A stretch of DNA of 35,093 nt from Sphingomonadaceae bacterium (GTDB taxonomy: Bacteria; Chloroflexota; UBA6077): positions 1 to 35,093 of the forward strand of contig JBLNDL010000090.1 of NCBI GenBank assembly GCA_050261575.1, written 5' to 3'. Position 1 is the first letter of the stretch, and the number at the start of each line of letters is the position of its first letter. A program made the translations under genes and the position numbers. Below are positions 19,638-28,329 of this stretch, piece by piece. The notes below the pieces were generated by a model that was given only the letters and a program-made list of their open reading frames with translations, ran no database searches and was not told the origin of the DNA.

Positions 19638-19704
19638 CCCCCTGCAGTTCCGCCAGCACCTCGTGAGGACCGTGCACGTGGGGCTGCGCTCGCTCGCGTC
19701 ACGC
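19638..19704. repeat. Degenerate REP/MITE-like dispersed repeat, copy 2
   Basis: CCCCTGCAGTTCCGCC and GGCTGCGCTCGCTCGCGTCACGC match the copies near 9.3-9.4 kb and 22.7 kb. Confidence 0.5.
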
Positions 19705-19803
19705 TGTGCGCGCGCGCCCTGGTCCCACCCGAGCGGCGGCCCCCATTCCGGCACCGCCCTTCGGCCATGGCCGGGCAGGCCCGCGGGCCTGCCGAGGCTT
19801 CCG

Positions 19804-20301
19804 CTATCCAGCTTGCGCAGCCGGTATCGGGCTGGGAGCGGTGAGGATGCGGACCTTGCTGGCGCGTACGGCTTCGGAGCCGCCGGCCTCTCCGGCCACC
19901 TGGATCACCACGCCGGGCTTGACGTCCTGCAGCGTCCTGGGGCCGCCGTCCGGACCGGTGATCTCGGTCACGTCGGTCAGCGCCACCGAGCTGAGGCCGT
20001 GCACCGGCTGCACGAAGGTGATGACCCGAGCGCTGGCCGACACGTCCCTCACCTGGCCGGTGATCACCACCATGGCGGACCGTTGCTCGCCGTTCCCGGC
20101 CCCCTGCCCCACGCCGGGCTGCCTGGTGGCGGGGGGCAGCGTCGGGACGGCCGTGGGGCTGAGCCCGGCCACGGAGGCGCGGGGCGTGGCGGTCACGGCG
20201 CTGCCCGAGCGGGAGGTGTCGCCGTCCGTGCAGGACGCGAGGACCGACAGCCCCAGCAGGGAGATCGAGGCGAACAGCAGTGTCCAGCGACGGTTGTCCA
20301 T
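19804..20301 (-). CDS. Hypothetical lipoprotein with small C-terminal beta domain (DUF5666-like)
   Basis: LASC lipobox, Pro/Thr linker, then ITGQVRDV..TEITG..LQDVKPGVVIQVAG..ASKVRI. Confidence 0.7.
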   Translation of the reverse strand: MDNRRWTLLFASISLLGLSVLASCTDGDTSRSGSAVTATPRASVAGLSPTAVPTLPPATRQPGVGQGAGNGEQRSAMVVITGQVRDVSASARVITFVQPVHGLSSVALTDVTEITGPDGGPRTLQDVKPGVVIQVAGEAGGSEAVRASKVRILTAPSPIPAAQAG

Positions 20302-20400
20302 ATATGCGTCTTGCTCCCAGGAGTGGGGTTAATCGCACGAATCGTGCAAGATGGAGATATAAGGCGGCAAGGAGCAGTATATGCCGCTTAGCAGCCGGGG

Positions 20401-21102
20401 TCAACGTCCCTTCACGCCCACGTGGATCGCCATGGCGCCGAAGGAGAGGTAGCGGTAGCCGACCTCGTCGAAGCCGGCCTGCCGCATCAGGGCCGCCAGG
20501 CGGGGGGCCGTGGGGAAGTGGGTGAGGGAGTCTGGGAGGTAGCTGTACGCCTGGGCGTCTCCCGTCACCAGCGCGCCCAGCCGAGGCACGAAGCCGTAGA
20601 AGTAGCGCCGGAACAGGGCGCCGAAGAGGCGGGAAGGCGGGTGGGTGATCTCGAGGCAGACGGCCCGCCCCCCGGGCCGAAGCACGCGGGCCATCTCCCT
20701 CAGGCTCAGCGGAAGGTCGGACACGTTGCGCAGCAGGAAGCCGTTGATGACCCGGTCGAAGCTCTCGTCGGCGAAGGGGAGCGCCTGGGCGTCGCCGGCC
20801 ACCAGGCGGACGGCGGGGCGCAGATCGGCCAGCTTGCCGGCGGCGGCATCCAGCATCGGCCCGCAGAAGTCGACTCCCACCACCTCCCGCGCCCCCTGGC
20901 GGAGCATCTCCCTGGCAAGGTCGCCGGTGCCGGTGGCGATGTCCAGGGCCACCGCTCCTCCTGGGTCGCACAGCCTCACCGCCAGCTTTCGCCAGCGGAC
21001 GTCCATCCCCCCGGTCATCAGCCGATTCATCAGGTCGTACCGGGGGACGATGCGGCCGAACATGGCCCGCACACGCGCCGCCTTGTCAGCGCTTTCGATC
21101 AC
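20401..21102 (-). CDS. menG: Demethylmenaquinone/ubiquinone C-methyltransferase (UbiE/MenG)
   Basis: VRAMFGRIVPRYDLMNRLMTGGMDVRWR, LDIATGTGD, RVLRPGG, AYSYLPDS; GTG 21102 overlaps the permease stop (GTGA). Confidence 0.92.
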   Translation of the reverse strand: MIESADKAARVRAMFGRIVPRYDLMNRLMTGGMDVRWRKLAVRLCDPGGAVALDIATGTGDLAREMLRQGAREVVGVDFCGPMLDAAAGKLADLRPAVRLVAGDAQALPFADESFDRVINGFLLRNVSDLPLSLREMARVLRPGGRAVCLEITHPPSRLFGALFRRYFYGFVPRLGALVTGDAQAYSYLPDSLTHFPTAPRLAALMRQAGFDEVGYRYLSFGAMAIHVGVKGR

Positions 21103-21839
21103 TTCACCACCATCCATTCGCACAGCCTCCGCTCGAGCCGGTCGAGCACGACGTAGGTGGTGAGACCCAACGTCGCCATGGCGATCACGCCGGCATACAT
21201 CTCGGGGTAGGCCATCCGCCCCCACGCCTCGACCGTGATGTAGTAAGCGAGACCCGACTGGGTGGCAAACGTCTCCGCCAGGAACAGCACGGCCACCGCG
21301 GTGCCGGTGCTCACCCGCAGCGCGGTCAGCACGGAGGGCAGGCAGGCGGGGAGGTAGACGTAGCGCAGCAGGTCGAGCCGCCCAGCCCCCAGGGAGCGCA
21401 CCGACTGCACCAGCTCGGGTCGCACCATGAGGCAGGCATCCCGCACCACCACCAGGATCTGGAAGAAGAGGATCAGGGAGATCACGAAGATCTTCGAGAC
21501 GTCGCCGGTCCCCAGAAACAGCATGATGATGGGCAGGAAGACGATCTTGGGCACTGGGTAGGTGAGGTAGATGATTGGCGACATCAGGCCGTTCCAACGC
21601 GGGCTCTGGCCGATGGCGAGCCCCAGGGGGGTGGCCACCAGCACGGCGATGGCCATGCTCGCCACCAGACGATACCCGCTCACCAGGAAATGGTGTCCCA
21701 ACCCCAGGGGTAGCTGGCGGGCAAGCGCCGACAGCGCCGCCCCGGGACCGGGCAGCACCGAGGCGTTCACCACCCAGGCGGCCGACTGCCAGAGCACCAC
21801 GATGAGGGCCGTGGCCAGGAGGATCTGCCTGCCCTTCAT
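21099..21839 (-). CDS. ABC transporter permease, NitT/TauT (SsuC-like) family
   Basis: YPVPKIVFLP, EAA-like loop VRSLGAGRLDLLRYVYLPACLP; ATGA overlap with the ATPase gene. Confidence 0.9.
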   Translation of the reverse strand: MKGRQILLATALIVVLWQSAAWVVNASVLPGPGAALSALARQLPLGLGHHFLVSGYRLVASMAIAVLVATPLGLAIGQSPRWNGLMSPIIYLTYPVPKIVFLPIIMLFLGTGDVSKIFVISLILFFQILVVVRDACLMVRPELVQSVRSLGAGRLDLLRYVYLPACLPSVLTALRVSTGTAVAVLFLAETFATQSGLAYYITVEAWGRMAYPEMYAGVIAMATLGLTTYVVLDRLERRLCEWMVVK

Positions 21840-22597
21840 CCTCGGATGCCTCCAGCGTAGCTCATGAGGTCCGCCGTGATGCGGCGGACCTCGGCGCACC
21901 GTTCGAAGAACACGACGCTCTGGCGGTAGCCCGGATACCGGGCCTCGGGGTTCTCGATCACCACGTAGCTGGCGATGGGCGGATGGCCCACGATCAAGAT
22001 GTTGCGCCCCAGGAAGACGGCCTCCTGTATGTCGTGGGTGACCAGTATGGTGGTCATGCCGGAGCCCTCGGAGAGGCGGACCACCAACTCCTGCAGGTCC
22101 TCCCGGGTGGAGGAATCCAGCGACGAGAAGGGCTCGTCCATCAGCAGCAGCGACGGCTCCAGCGCCAGGGTGCGCCCGATGGCCACCCGCTGCCGCTGGC
22201 CGCCCGATAGCTGGCCAGGATACTTGTCGGCCACGGAGGCGAGGCCCAGCCGTTCCAGCCAGTAGCCCACCCTGGCGTCAACCTCCGGCTGGGGCACCCG
22301 GCGGATCTTCAGCCCCAGGGCCACGTTGTCTCTCGCCTTCGCCCAGGGCAGGAGGCCGTGATCTTGGAGGATCAGCCCGGTGGAGGTGCGGGGGGCGGTG
22401 ACCTCGCACCCTTCGACCCTCACCGAGCCCCCAGAAGGGCGGCGGAGGCCGGCCAGCAGGTGCACCAGGGTGGTCTTGCCGCAGCCCGAGGGCCCCAGAA
22501 CCACCCAGGACTCCCCCGCCGCCACCGACCAGTCGAAGTGCTTGTATATCTCGTCCGGCCTTGTGTAGCCGAACGAGAGGTCGCGAACGTCTATCAT
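21836..22597 (-). CDS. ABC transporter ATP-binding protein, NitT/TauT family
   Basis: GPSGCGKTT, LSGGQRQR, LLLMDEPFSSLD, VTHD. Confidence 0.95.
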   Translation of the reverse strand: MIDVRDLSFGYTRPDEIYKHFDWSVAAGESWVVLGPSGCGKTTLVHLLAGLRRPSGGSVRVEGCEVTAPRTSTGLILQDHGLLPWAKARDNVALGLKIRRVPQPEVDARVGYWLERLGLASVADKYPGQLSGGQRQRVAIGRTLALEPSLLLMDEPFSSLDSSTREDLQELVVRLSEGSGMTTILVTHDIQEAVFLGRNILIVGHPPIASYVVIENPEARYPGYRQSVVFFERCAEVRRITADLMSYAGGIRG

Positions 22598-22655
22598 CCT
22601 TAGATCCCTCGGATGAGGCCGCAGGCCTTACGCGTTTGACGTACGTTGCCCCATC

Positions 22656-22747
22656 GGCGGGGCCGAGTCCGCGAGGCTGCGCCCGCTCGCCTCACGCCCC
22701 CGCCCCGCGCGGGGACCGGCTGGGCGGCCCTGTGTGTCCGCCCCTGC
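22656..22747. repeat. Degenerate REP/MITE-like dispersed repeat, copy 3
   Basis: Contains minus-strand GCAG-GGGCGGACACACAGGGCCGCCC REP-like hairpin (22722-22747) and the GGCTGCGCCCGCTCGC block. Confidence 0.55.
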
Positions 22748-22807
22748 GGGCGCATCCGGTACCCGGTGGGGGCGAGTCTTAGGCTCTCACCCCTCGGTCC
22801 CCTGTCC

Positions 22808-23779
22808 TCACTTCGGCAGAAGCCCCTGGGCCACCATCTGGTCGTAGGGGATAGCCTTCTCCAACAGCTTCCTCTCGACCATCCACTGCATCACGTCCTC
22901 CAGATCCCTCTGCGCGATCAGTTGCCCCTTGGCGAATTGGGGGACGTCGAAGCTCTCCTTCAGCGAATCAGGCACCTTGGCCTTGTCCACCATCAGGTCC
23001 CGGTACTTGTTGGGCGAGCCGTTGATGGCCTCCACGGCCTTCTCGTAGGCGGCCAGATAGCGCCGTATCGCCTCGGCGTTCTTGGACACAACCTCCTGCC
23101 GGAAGGTGATCACCGACTGACCGATGCCCGTCTTGCTGTCGTCGATCAGCCGTCGAGCGCCCTGCTGCTGAGCCAGGGAGGCCAGTGGCTCCGGCAGGGT
23201 AGCTGCCTGCAACTGCCCCTTCGCCAGCATCTCCGCCCGCACCGGGATCTTGGTCACCTCGGTCTTCTCTATCTCCGAGGCCGCCAGTCCGGCAGACTGG
23301 AGGAGACGGTCGGTGGAGTACTCGATGACGCTGTTCTTGGAGATGCCGATCGGCACACCCTTCAGATCCTTGGGCGAGGTGATCTTGGAGGAAGGCGAGA
23401 GCAGGACGACCATCATCGCCATGGACTCGTTCCCCTTGTAGGCCAGCCGGACGATCCTGGCCTTGTCCCCCTCCTTGTTTAGGAGCGCGGCCGAGATGGG
23501 GTCGTTCAGCTCGCCGTCGATCTGGCCGGCCACGAAGGCCGAGTCCCGCTCCAGGGCGCTGGGGAATAGCACCATCTCCACCTCGACGTTCTGCTCCTTG
23601 AAGTAGCCCTCCTGCTCGGCCACGTACATCGGAAGCACGTCCACGATCGGCAGGACGCCAACCTTCAAGGAAAGGCTCTCCTTCGGCGCCGCCTGCGGCC
23701 CGCAGCCCGCGACGGCCAGCACGAGACCGGCCGCTGCGAGCGCGAGCACGATGCGCTTGATGTCCAGCATATCTTTCAT
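22808..23779 (-). CDS. ABC transporter substrate-binding lipoprotein, NitT/TauT (SsuA/NMT1-like) family
   Basis: VAGC lipobox, LPMYVAEQEGYFKEQNVEVE, LPEPLAS; ATGA overlap with the ubiX stop. Confidence 0.9.
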   Translation of the reverse strand: MKDMLDIKRIVLALAAAGLVLAVAGCGPQAAPKESLSLKVGVLPIVDVLPMYVAEQEGYFKEQNVEVEMVLFPSALERDSAFVAGQIDGELNDPISAALLNKEGDKARIVRLAYKGNESMAMMVVLLSPSSKITSPKDLKGVPIGISKNSVIEYSTDRLLQSAGLAASEIEKTEVTKIPVRAEMLAKGQLQAATLPEPLASLAQQQGARRLIDDSKTGIGQSVITFRQEVVSKNAEAIRRYLAAYEKAVEAINGSPNKYRDLMVDKAKVPDSLKESFDVPQFAKGQLIAQRDLEDVMQWMVERKLLEKAIPYDQMVAQGLLPK

Positions 23780-24471
23780 CCCATTTCCTCCCCGAGATCT
23801 CGAATGCCGAGGGTACCGATTGCCCGACATGCCACGTCGTCCACCACCTCGTCCAGCGTCGCCGGACGCAGATAGAAGGCGGGCACCGGTAGCACGATGC
23901 GAACTCCCAGCCGGGCCAGCTTCCACAGGTTCTCCAGATGTATGGGAGAGAGGGGGCTCTCACGCGGCACCAGGGTCAAAGTCCTGCCCTCCTTCAGGGT
24001 CACGTCAGCCGCCCGCTCCAGCAGGTTCGTGGAGCGGCCGTGGGCGATGGCCGAGAGGGTATCCATGGAGCAGGGCACGACCAGCATGCCCAGGGTCGGC
24101 CGGCGACCGCTGGCGATGCTGGCGCCGATGTCCTCCACGTCCAGGGCCTCGAGGTAGAAGTCGGACTGGCACGCCCGGACGAACTCGTCGAACTCCGCAT
24201 CCAGCTCCTCCCGCCACACCCTGCGGCCGGCGGCGGAGCAGGTGGCGATCACCGGATAGCCCGCGCGGCCCAGCCTGAGAATGGTCTGCTGCGCCAGCAC
24301 GGCCCCGCTGGCGCCGGAGATCCCCACGACGACAGGGGGCAGGGTTCTGGGTGCTGTGCCCTTGGTAGCTGCCTCACCCCCAGGACGCAGTATGCGGGAC
24401 GCAGCACCTCCCTCCGCTTCCACCTGTCCCCGCACCCCCGCGTCCCCGAGTCTCTGCGTTTCCTCAGACAT
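23776..24471 (-). CDS. ubiX: Flavin prenyltransferase UbiX (long low-complexity N-terminal extension)
   Basis: VVGISGASG, SIASG, PCSMDTLSAIAHG, RAADVTLKEGR, VPRESP, PAFY. Confidence 0.93.
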   Translation of the reverse strand: MSEETQRLGDAGVRGQVEAEGGAASRILRPGGEAATKGTAPRTLPPVVVGISGASGAVLAQQTILRLGRAGYPVIATCSAAGRRVWREELDAEFDEFVRACQSDFYLEALDVEDIGASIASGRRPTLGMLVVPCSMDTLSAIAHGRSTNLLERAADVTLKEGRTLTLVPRESPLSPIHLENLWKLARLGVRIVLPVPAFYLRPATLDEVVDDVACRAIGTLGIRDLGEEMG

Positions 24472-25315
24472 AGAGCCCTCCCACGGTGAAGACGAACACG
24501 ATTACCGCCACGTAGCCGTTGACGTTGAAGAACGCGACGGAGAGCTTGGAGAGGTCGTCCGGGCTCACCAGCCGGTGCTCGTAGACCAGGAGAGCGGCCG
24601 CGATGGCGAGCCCAACCCAGTAGAGCGTCCCCAGGGCAGCCGCAACGCCCACCAGACCCAGAACCGCGACCGTCAGGGCGTGGGCCACGGCGGAGGAGCG
24701 CAGGGCGACGGCGATGCCGAACCGAGCGGGCACCGAGTGCAGCCGCACCTTCCGATCGAAATCCACGTCCTGGCAGGCGTAGATCAGGTCGAAGCCGCCG
24801 ATCCAGAGCGCCACCGCCAGGGTGAGCAGGAGGGCGGGAGGGTCGATGCTGCCGGTCACGGCTATCCATCCCCCGGCGGGCGCCAGGCCGTCGGCCAGCC
24901 CCAGCACGGCATGGGAGAGCCAGGTGAAGCGCTTCGTCCAGGAGTAGCCCACCAGCACCACCACGGCCAGCGGCGCTAGCTGGAAGCAGAGGGGGTTCAG
25001 CATCCAGGCGGCGAAGAACATCGCCACGAGGCCGGCCACCGCCAGGGCCACCATCTCCGCCCGGGAGAGAAGCCCCTTGGGGATGGCCCGATTGGCGGTG
25101 CGAGGGTTCAGGGCATCGTAGTGGGCATCAACCACGCGGTTGGCCGCCATGGCGAGGGTCCTTGCCCCCACCATCGCGACAGTGATCCACAGGATCTCCC
25201 CCCAGGAGGGGAAGCCCCGTGCCGCGAGCACCATTCCCAAGTAGGCGAACGGCAGGGCGAACACCGAGTGCTCGAACTTGATGGCTTCGAGGAGGAGTAG
25301 CAAGCGCCTGGCCAT
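24464..25315 (-). CDS. mqnP: UbiA-family prenyltransferase (MqnP-type)
   Basis: IKFEHSVFALPFAY, ARTLAMAANRVVD..NPRTANRAIP, KRFTWLSH, GFDLIYACQD, AFFNVNG. Confidence 0.88.
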   Translation of the reverse strand: MARRLLLLLEAIKFEHSVFALPFAYLGMVLAARGFPSWGEILWITVAMVGARTLAMAANRVVDAHYDALNPRTANRAIPKGLLSRAEMVALAVAGLVAMFFAAWMLNPLCFQLAPLAVVVLVGYSWTKRFTWLSHAVLGLADGLAPAGGWIAVTGSIDPPALLLTLAVALWIGGFDLIYACQDVDFDRKVRLHSVPARFGIAVALRSSAVAHALTVAVLGLVGVAAALGTLYWVGLAIAAALLVYEHRLVSPDDLSKLSVAFFNVNGYVAVIVFVFTVGGLYV

Positions 25316-25426
25316 CAACTGCCGGCCCCCAACCGCCTTGGTGAAGCTGAATGCTCGGGATTCTCTCGGTACAGCGTCCAGCGCATGGGATTGTTCACAA
25401 CGTATCGAACCATCGAACGATTGCGG

Positions 25427-25528
25427 GTAGGGGCGCACCTGCGTGTGCGCCCCGCCCCCCCGTGGCGCCTCCCCGTCTCGGCAGCGCCCTTCGGCTGTTG
25501 CTAGGCAGACGCGCAGGTCTGCCCCCAC
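25427..25528. repeat. Inverted REP doublet (REPIN/BIME-like)
   Basis: GTAG-GGGCGCACCTGCGTGTGCGCCC (25427-25452) facing minus-strand GTGG-GGGCAGACCTGCGCGTCTGCCT (25503-25528). Confidence 0.75.
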
Positions 25529-25532
25529 CAGG

Positions 25533-27416
25533 TCACGGAAAAAGCTGTCCCCACCTGCGGGAGACACGCGCCCTCACATCTTCCGGCATCTCCAAGGGGT
25601 CCGGGTAGCCCTCTTTGAACGTGGCATCGATCCCCATGGGACCGTGGTAGACGGGCCAGACGCCCCGCAGTTCCGCCCGCGCGAAGAGCACGTCCCGAAC
25701 GGGGTCGAACCGGGTGAAGATGCCCCACAGCAGCGCCTCTCGGTCGTCCAGATCCACGTCCTGGGATACGACGGCGACGATCTTTATCCCCGCCGGAATC
25801 CCCGCCTGCAGCACCCTCTCGCACACCTCGCGGCCGCCAGAGGAGACCCGCACCGCCAGCAGGACGCCGCCCATCAGCCGCGCCCCCAGGATGCGGGAGT
25901 CCAGGTGCCCCAGGTCGACGTTGCGGGCGCAGGCGGTCCCGGCAGCCTCCCCCCGCAACGCGAGCGAGCGTAGCGTGGCGTCACTCTCAGGGGGAGAGGG
26001 TGCCCCCTCTCCCCCTGAGAGAGGGGGATCGCAGCCGCGTACCGCCCCCTCCAGGAGATCCTCCTCCACGGGCGAGGTGGCGTCCACAATCATCTTGGAG
26101 CCCAGGTGCATCCGGAAGCTGGAGAAATCCAGGGTGTCCAGGGGCGCCCGGGGGATCAGCGTCAGGTCCCGCTCGGGATCGAAGTTGCAGCGCAGGGCTC
26201 CGAGCACGGCGTCCCAATCCCGCGGGTTCACGTCGGCGTCCACCAGGATCACACACTTGGTCAGAGCAAGCTGGCTCTCGCTCAACAGCGCCAGCCCGCT
26301 CTTGATGGCCTCCCGCCGGTACCGCACCCTGACGGCGGCCACCAACAGGTTGTGGAAGCCGGCCTCGTAGTAAGCCCAGAGAGAGACCAGCTCCGGACGC
26401 AGCAGCCTCAGCAGCGGACCCACCATCTCCTGGGTGGCATCGCCGATGTACTTGTCCTCCTGGGGAGGCTTGCCCACCACCGTGGCCGGGTAGACGGCGT
26501 TGCGCCGCCGGGTGATCCGCCTGACGTTGAAGACCGGGAAGGGGGCCTGCCGCGAGTAGTAGCCGAAGTGGTCGCCGAACGGACCCTCGATCCGCCGCTC
26601 GCGGGGCGGAACCACCCCCTCCAGCACGAACTCGGCGTTGGCCGGGACCGCCATGGAGATCGTCCTGGCCGGCACGAGGGGGTACGGCCTCCCGCTCAGC
26701 AGCCCGGCGAAGGCCACCTCGTCGATGTTCTCCGGCAGCGCGATCGCGGCCGAAAGCATCAGGGCCGGATGCCCCCCCAGGGCGACGGCCACCTCGATGG
26801 GCCGGCCCTCCGCCTCCGCCTGCCAGTAGTGGAAACGCCCCCCCTTCTGGATCTGCCAGTGCATCCCGGTGGTGCGGCGGTCGTAGACGTGCATCCGGTA
26901 GATGCCGAGGTTGCGGCGCCCGGTGGTGGGGTGGGTGGTCAGCACCAGGGGAAAGGTGAGGAAGCGCCCCCCATCCTGCGGCCAGCACTTCAGGATGGGC
27001 AGCCGATCCAGATCGGGCTCCTCGGACACCTCCTGGCTGAGCGCCCGGCCTCGGACCCTGGCCGTCCGCATGTTCAGCAGCTCTCGCAGGGTGGAACGCT
27101 GGGACCAGATCGCCCGAGGGGTGGGCGGGTTGAGGCTCTCCGCCAGCCTCACCAGCATCTCGCCGATCTCCCCCGGATGCCGGCCCAGGGCCAGCTCGAT
27201 CCGCCGCTCCGAACCGAAGAGGTTGATGGCGAGGGGGAAATCGGCCCCCTTGACCCGCTCGAAGAGCAGGGCGGGACCCTTCTCCCGGACCACCCGGGTG
27301 GCGATCTCGGTGATCTCCAACTCGGGGTCCACCTCGACAGAGACGCGGCGCAGTTCGCCCTGGCGCTCCAGGTAGGCGATGAAGCCCTGTAGGTCGGAGA
27401 AAGCGCTATCAGCCAT
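25533..27416 (-). CDS. ubiD: UbiD-family prFMN-dependent decarboxylase (menaquinone-pathway MqnL-type, long form)
   Basis: EVDPELEITEI, NLFGS, CWPQDGG, NLGIYRM, GMHWQIQKGG, EGPFGDHFGYY, VGKPPQED, second C-terminal GIDAT repeat. Confidence 0.93.
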   Translation of the reverse strand: MADSAFSDLQGFIAYLERQGELRRVSVEVDPELEITEIATRVVREKGPALLFERVKGADFPLAINLFGSERRIELALGRHPGEIGEMLVRLAESLNPPTPRAIWSQRSTLRELLNMRTARVRGRALSQEVSEEPDLDRLPILKCWPQDGGRFLTFPLVLTTHPTTGRRNLGIYRMHVYDRRTTGMHWQIQKGGRFHYWQAEAEGRPIEVAVALGGHPALMLSAAIALPENIDEVAFAGLLSGRPYPLVPARTISMAVPANAEFVLEGVVPPRERRIEGPFGDHFGYYSRQAPFPVFNVRRITRRRNAVYPATVVGKPPQEDKYIGDATQEMVGPLLRLLRPELVSLWAYYEAGFHNLLVAAVRVRYRREAIKSGLALLSESQLALTKCVILVDADVNPRDWDAVLGALRCNFDPERDLTLIPRAPLDTLDFSSFRMHLGSKMIVDATSPVEEDLLEGAVRGCDPPLSGGEGAPSPPESDATLRSLALRGEAAGTACARNVDLGHLDSRILGARLMGGVLLAVRVSSGGREVCERVLQAGIPAGIKIVAVVSQDVDLDDREALLWGIFTRFDPVRDVLFARAELRGVWPVYHGPMGIDATFKEGYPDPLEMPEDVRARVSRRWGQLFP

Positions 27417-28177
27417 CAGCAGTCAGCCTTCAGAAACGGATGCGCCGCGTCGCTGCCTCCACCCAGACCCTCTCCCAGCGAAAAAGGGGATCCCCGCATC
27501 TCCCCATCTCCGCGTCCCCGTGTCTCCCCACTCCCCCCGTCGACCTGGTAGCCGACGGAGCGGAGCAGCAGCGCCCGCAGGGGAGGCAGCCGCTGCTCCA
27601 GCGTCTCCGCCCCCTCGGGCTCGTAGAGCCAGCGGGTGACTACCTCGTTGATCGCACCCAGCCAGACCCGGGCGGCCGTCTCGGTGTCCTGTGGAGGGAT
27701 CGACCCATCTGCGACGGCCCTGTCGAGGTGCCGCTTGATCGCCTCGGTCAGGCGGGCGCGAAGCGCGAAGAGGGTCGGGTCCATGCCTCGACCCAGCCCC
27801 ACCACCTCGATCAGCAGGATCCTGGCGAGGCTGCGATGGGTGGCGAACGCCTCCAGGACGGTCCGCAACGCGGCCTCCACCTTGGCGATGCCGCCCCTCT
27901 CCGAGGCGATGGCGGCGTCCATCCCGTCGATCAGGCGGCCGGCCAGGAACTCCACCAGGGCGAGGAAGATCCCCTGCTTGTTGGGGAAGTGGAAGTAGAC
28001 TGCCCCCTTGGAGGTGCCCGAGGCCCGCACGATGTCGTCGACGGAGCTGTCGTGGTAGCCCCGCTCGGCGAAGACCTGGACCGCGGCCTCCAGGATCCGG
28101 CGCCGGGTGGACTTCCGCCGCTCGGCCTGGCGGTCGCTCCCCTGGGCCTCGCCCTCGTCGCCCCAGTCGATCGCCAC
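27416..28177 (-). CDS. TetR/AcrR-family transcriptional regulator
   Basis: TRRRILEAAVQVFAERGYHDSSVDDIVRASGTSKGAVYFHFPNK HTH; GTG 28177 after GGAGG; TGATG overlap with ubiD. Confidence 0.93.
   Translation of the reverse strand: MAIDWGDEGEAQGSDRQAERRKSTRRRILEAAVQVFAERGYHDSSVDDIVRASGTSKGAVYFHFPNKQGIFLALVEFLAGRLIDGMDAAIASERGGIAKVEAALRTVLEAFATHRSLARILLIEVVGLGRGMDPTLFALRARLTEAIKRHLDRAVADGSIPPQDTETAARVWLGAINEVVTRWLYEPEGAETLEQRLPPLRALLLRSVGYQVDGGSGETRGRGDGEMRGSPFSLGEGLGGGSDAAHPFLKADC
27491..27538. repeat. Imperfect 8-nt tandem repeat (TCYCCSCR-like, 5-6 units); related 4-5 units at 24427-24466
   Basis: tccccgca tctcccca tctccgcg tccccgtg tctcccca ctcccccc. Confidence 0.7.
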
Positions 28178-28202
28178 GCTGCCCCTCCGTTCACGATAGG
28201 AT

Positions 28203-28274
28203 AGAAACAGACCGACGCGTCGGTTTGTTTCTTCCAAGTGGCTGCATTATATCGGGCGGGCCGCCGCCGTGCAA
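28203..28274 (-). promoter_or_regulatory. Promoter of the tetR-ubiD operon with 30-bp palindromic operator
   Basis: TTGCAC(28274-28269)-17 nt-TATAAT(28251-28246); AGAAACAGACCGACG|CGTCGGTTTGTTTCT (28203-28232, one mismatch) just downstream. Confidence 0.8.
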
Positions 28275-28329
28275 TAATGTGGGCTATCCGATCGGGACTC
28301 AGCACCATCCGAAGCAGTTGGAGGTTGGC

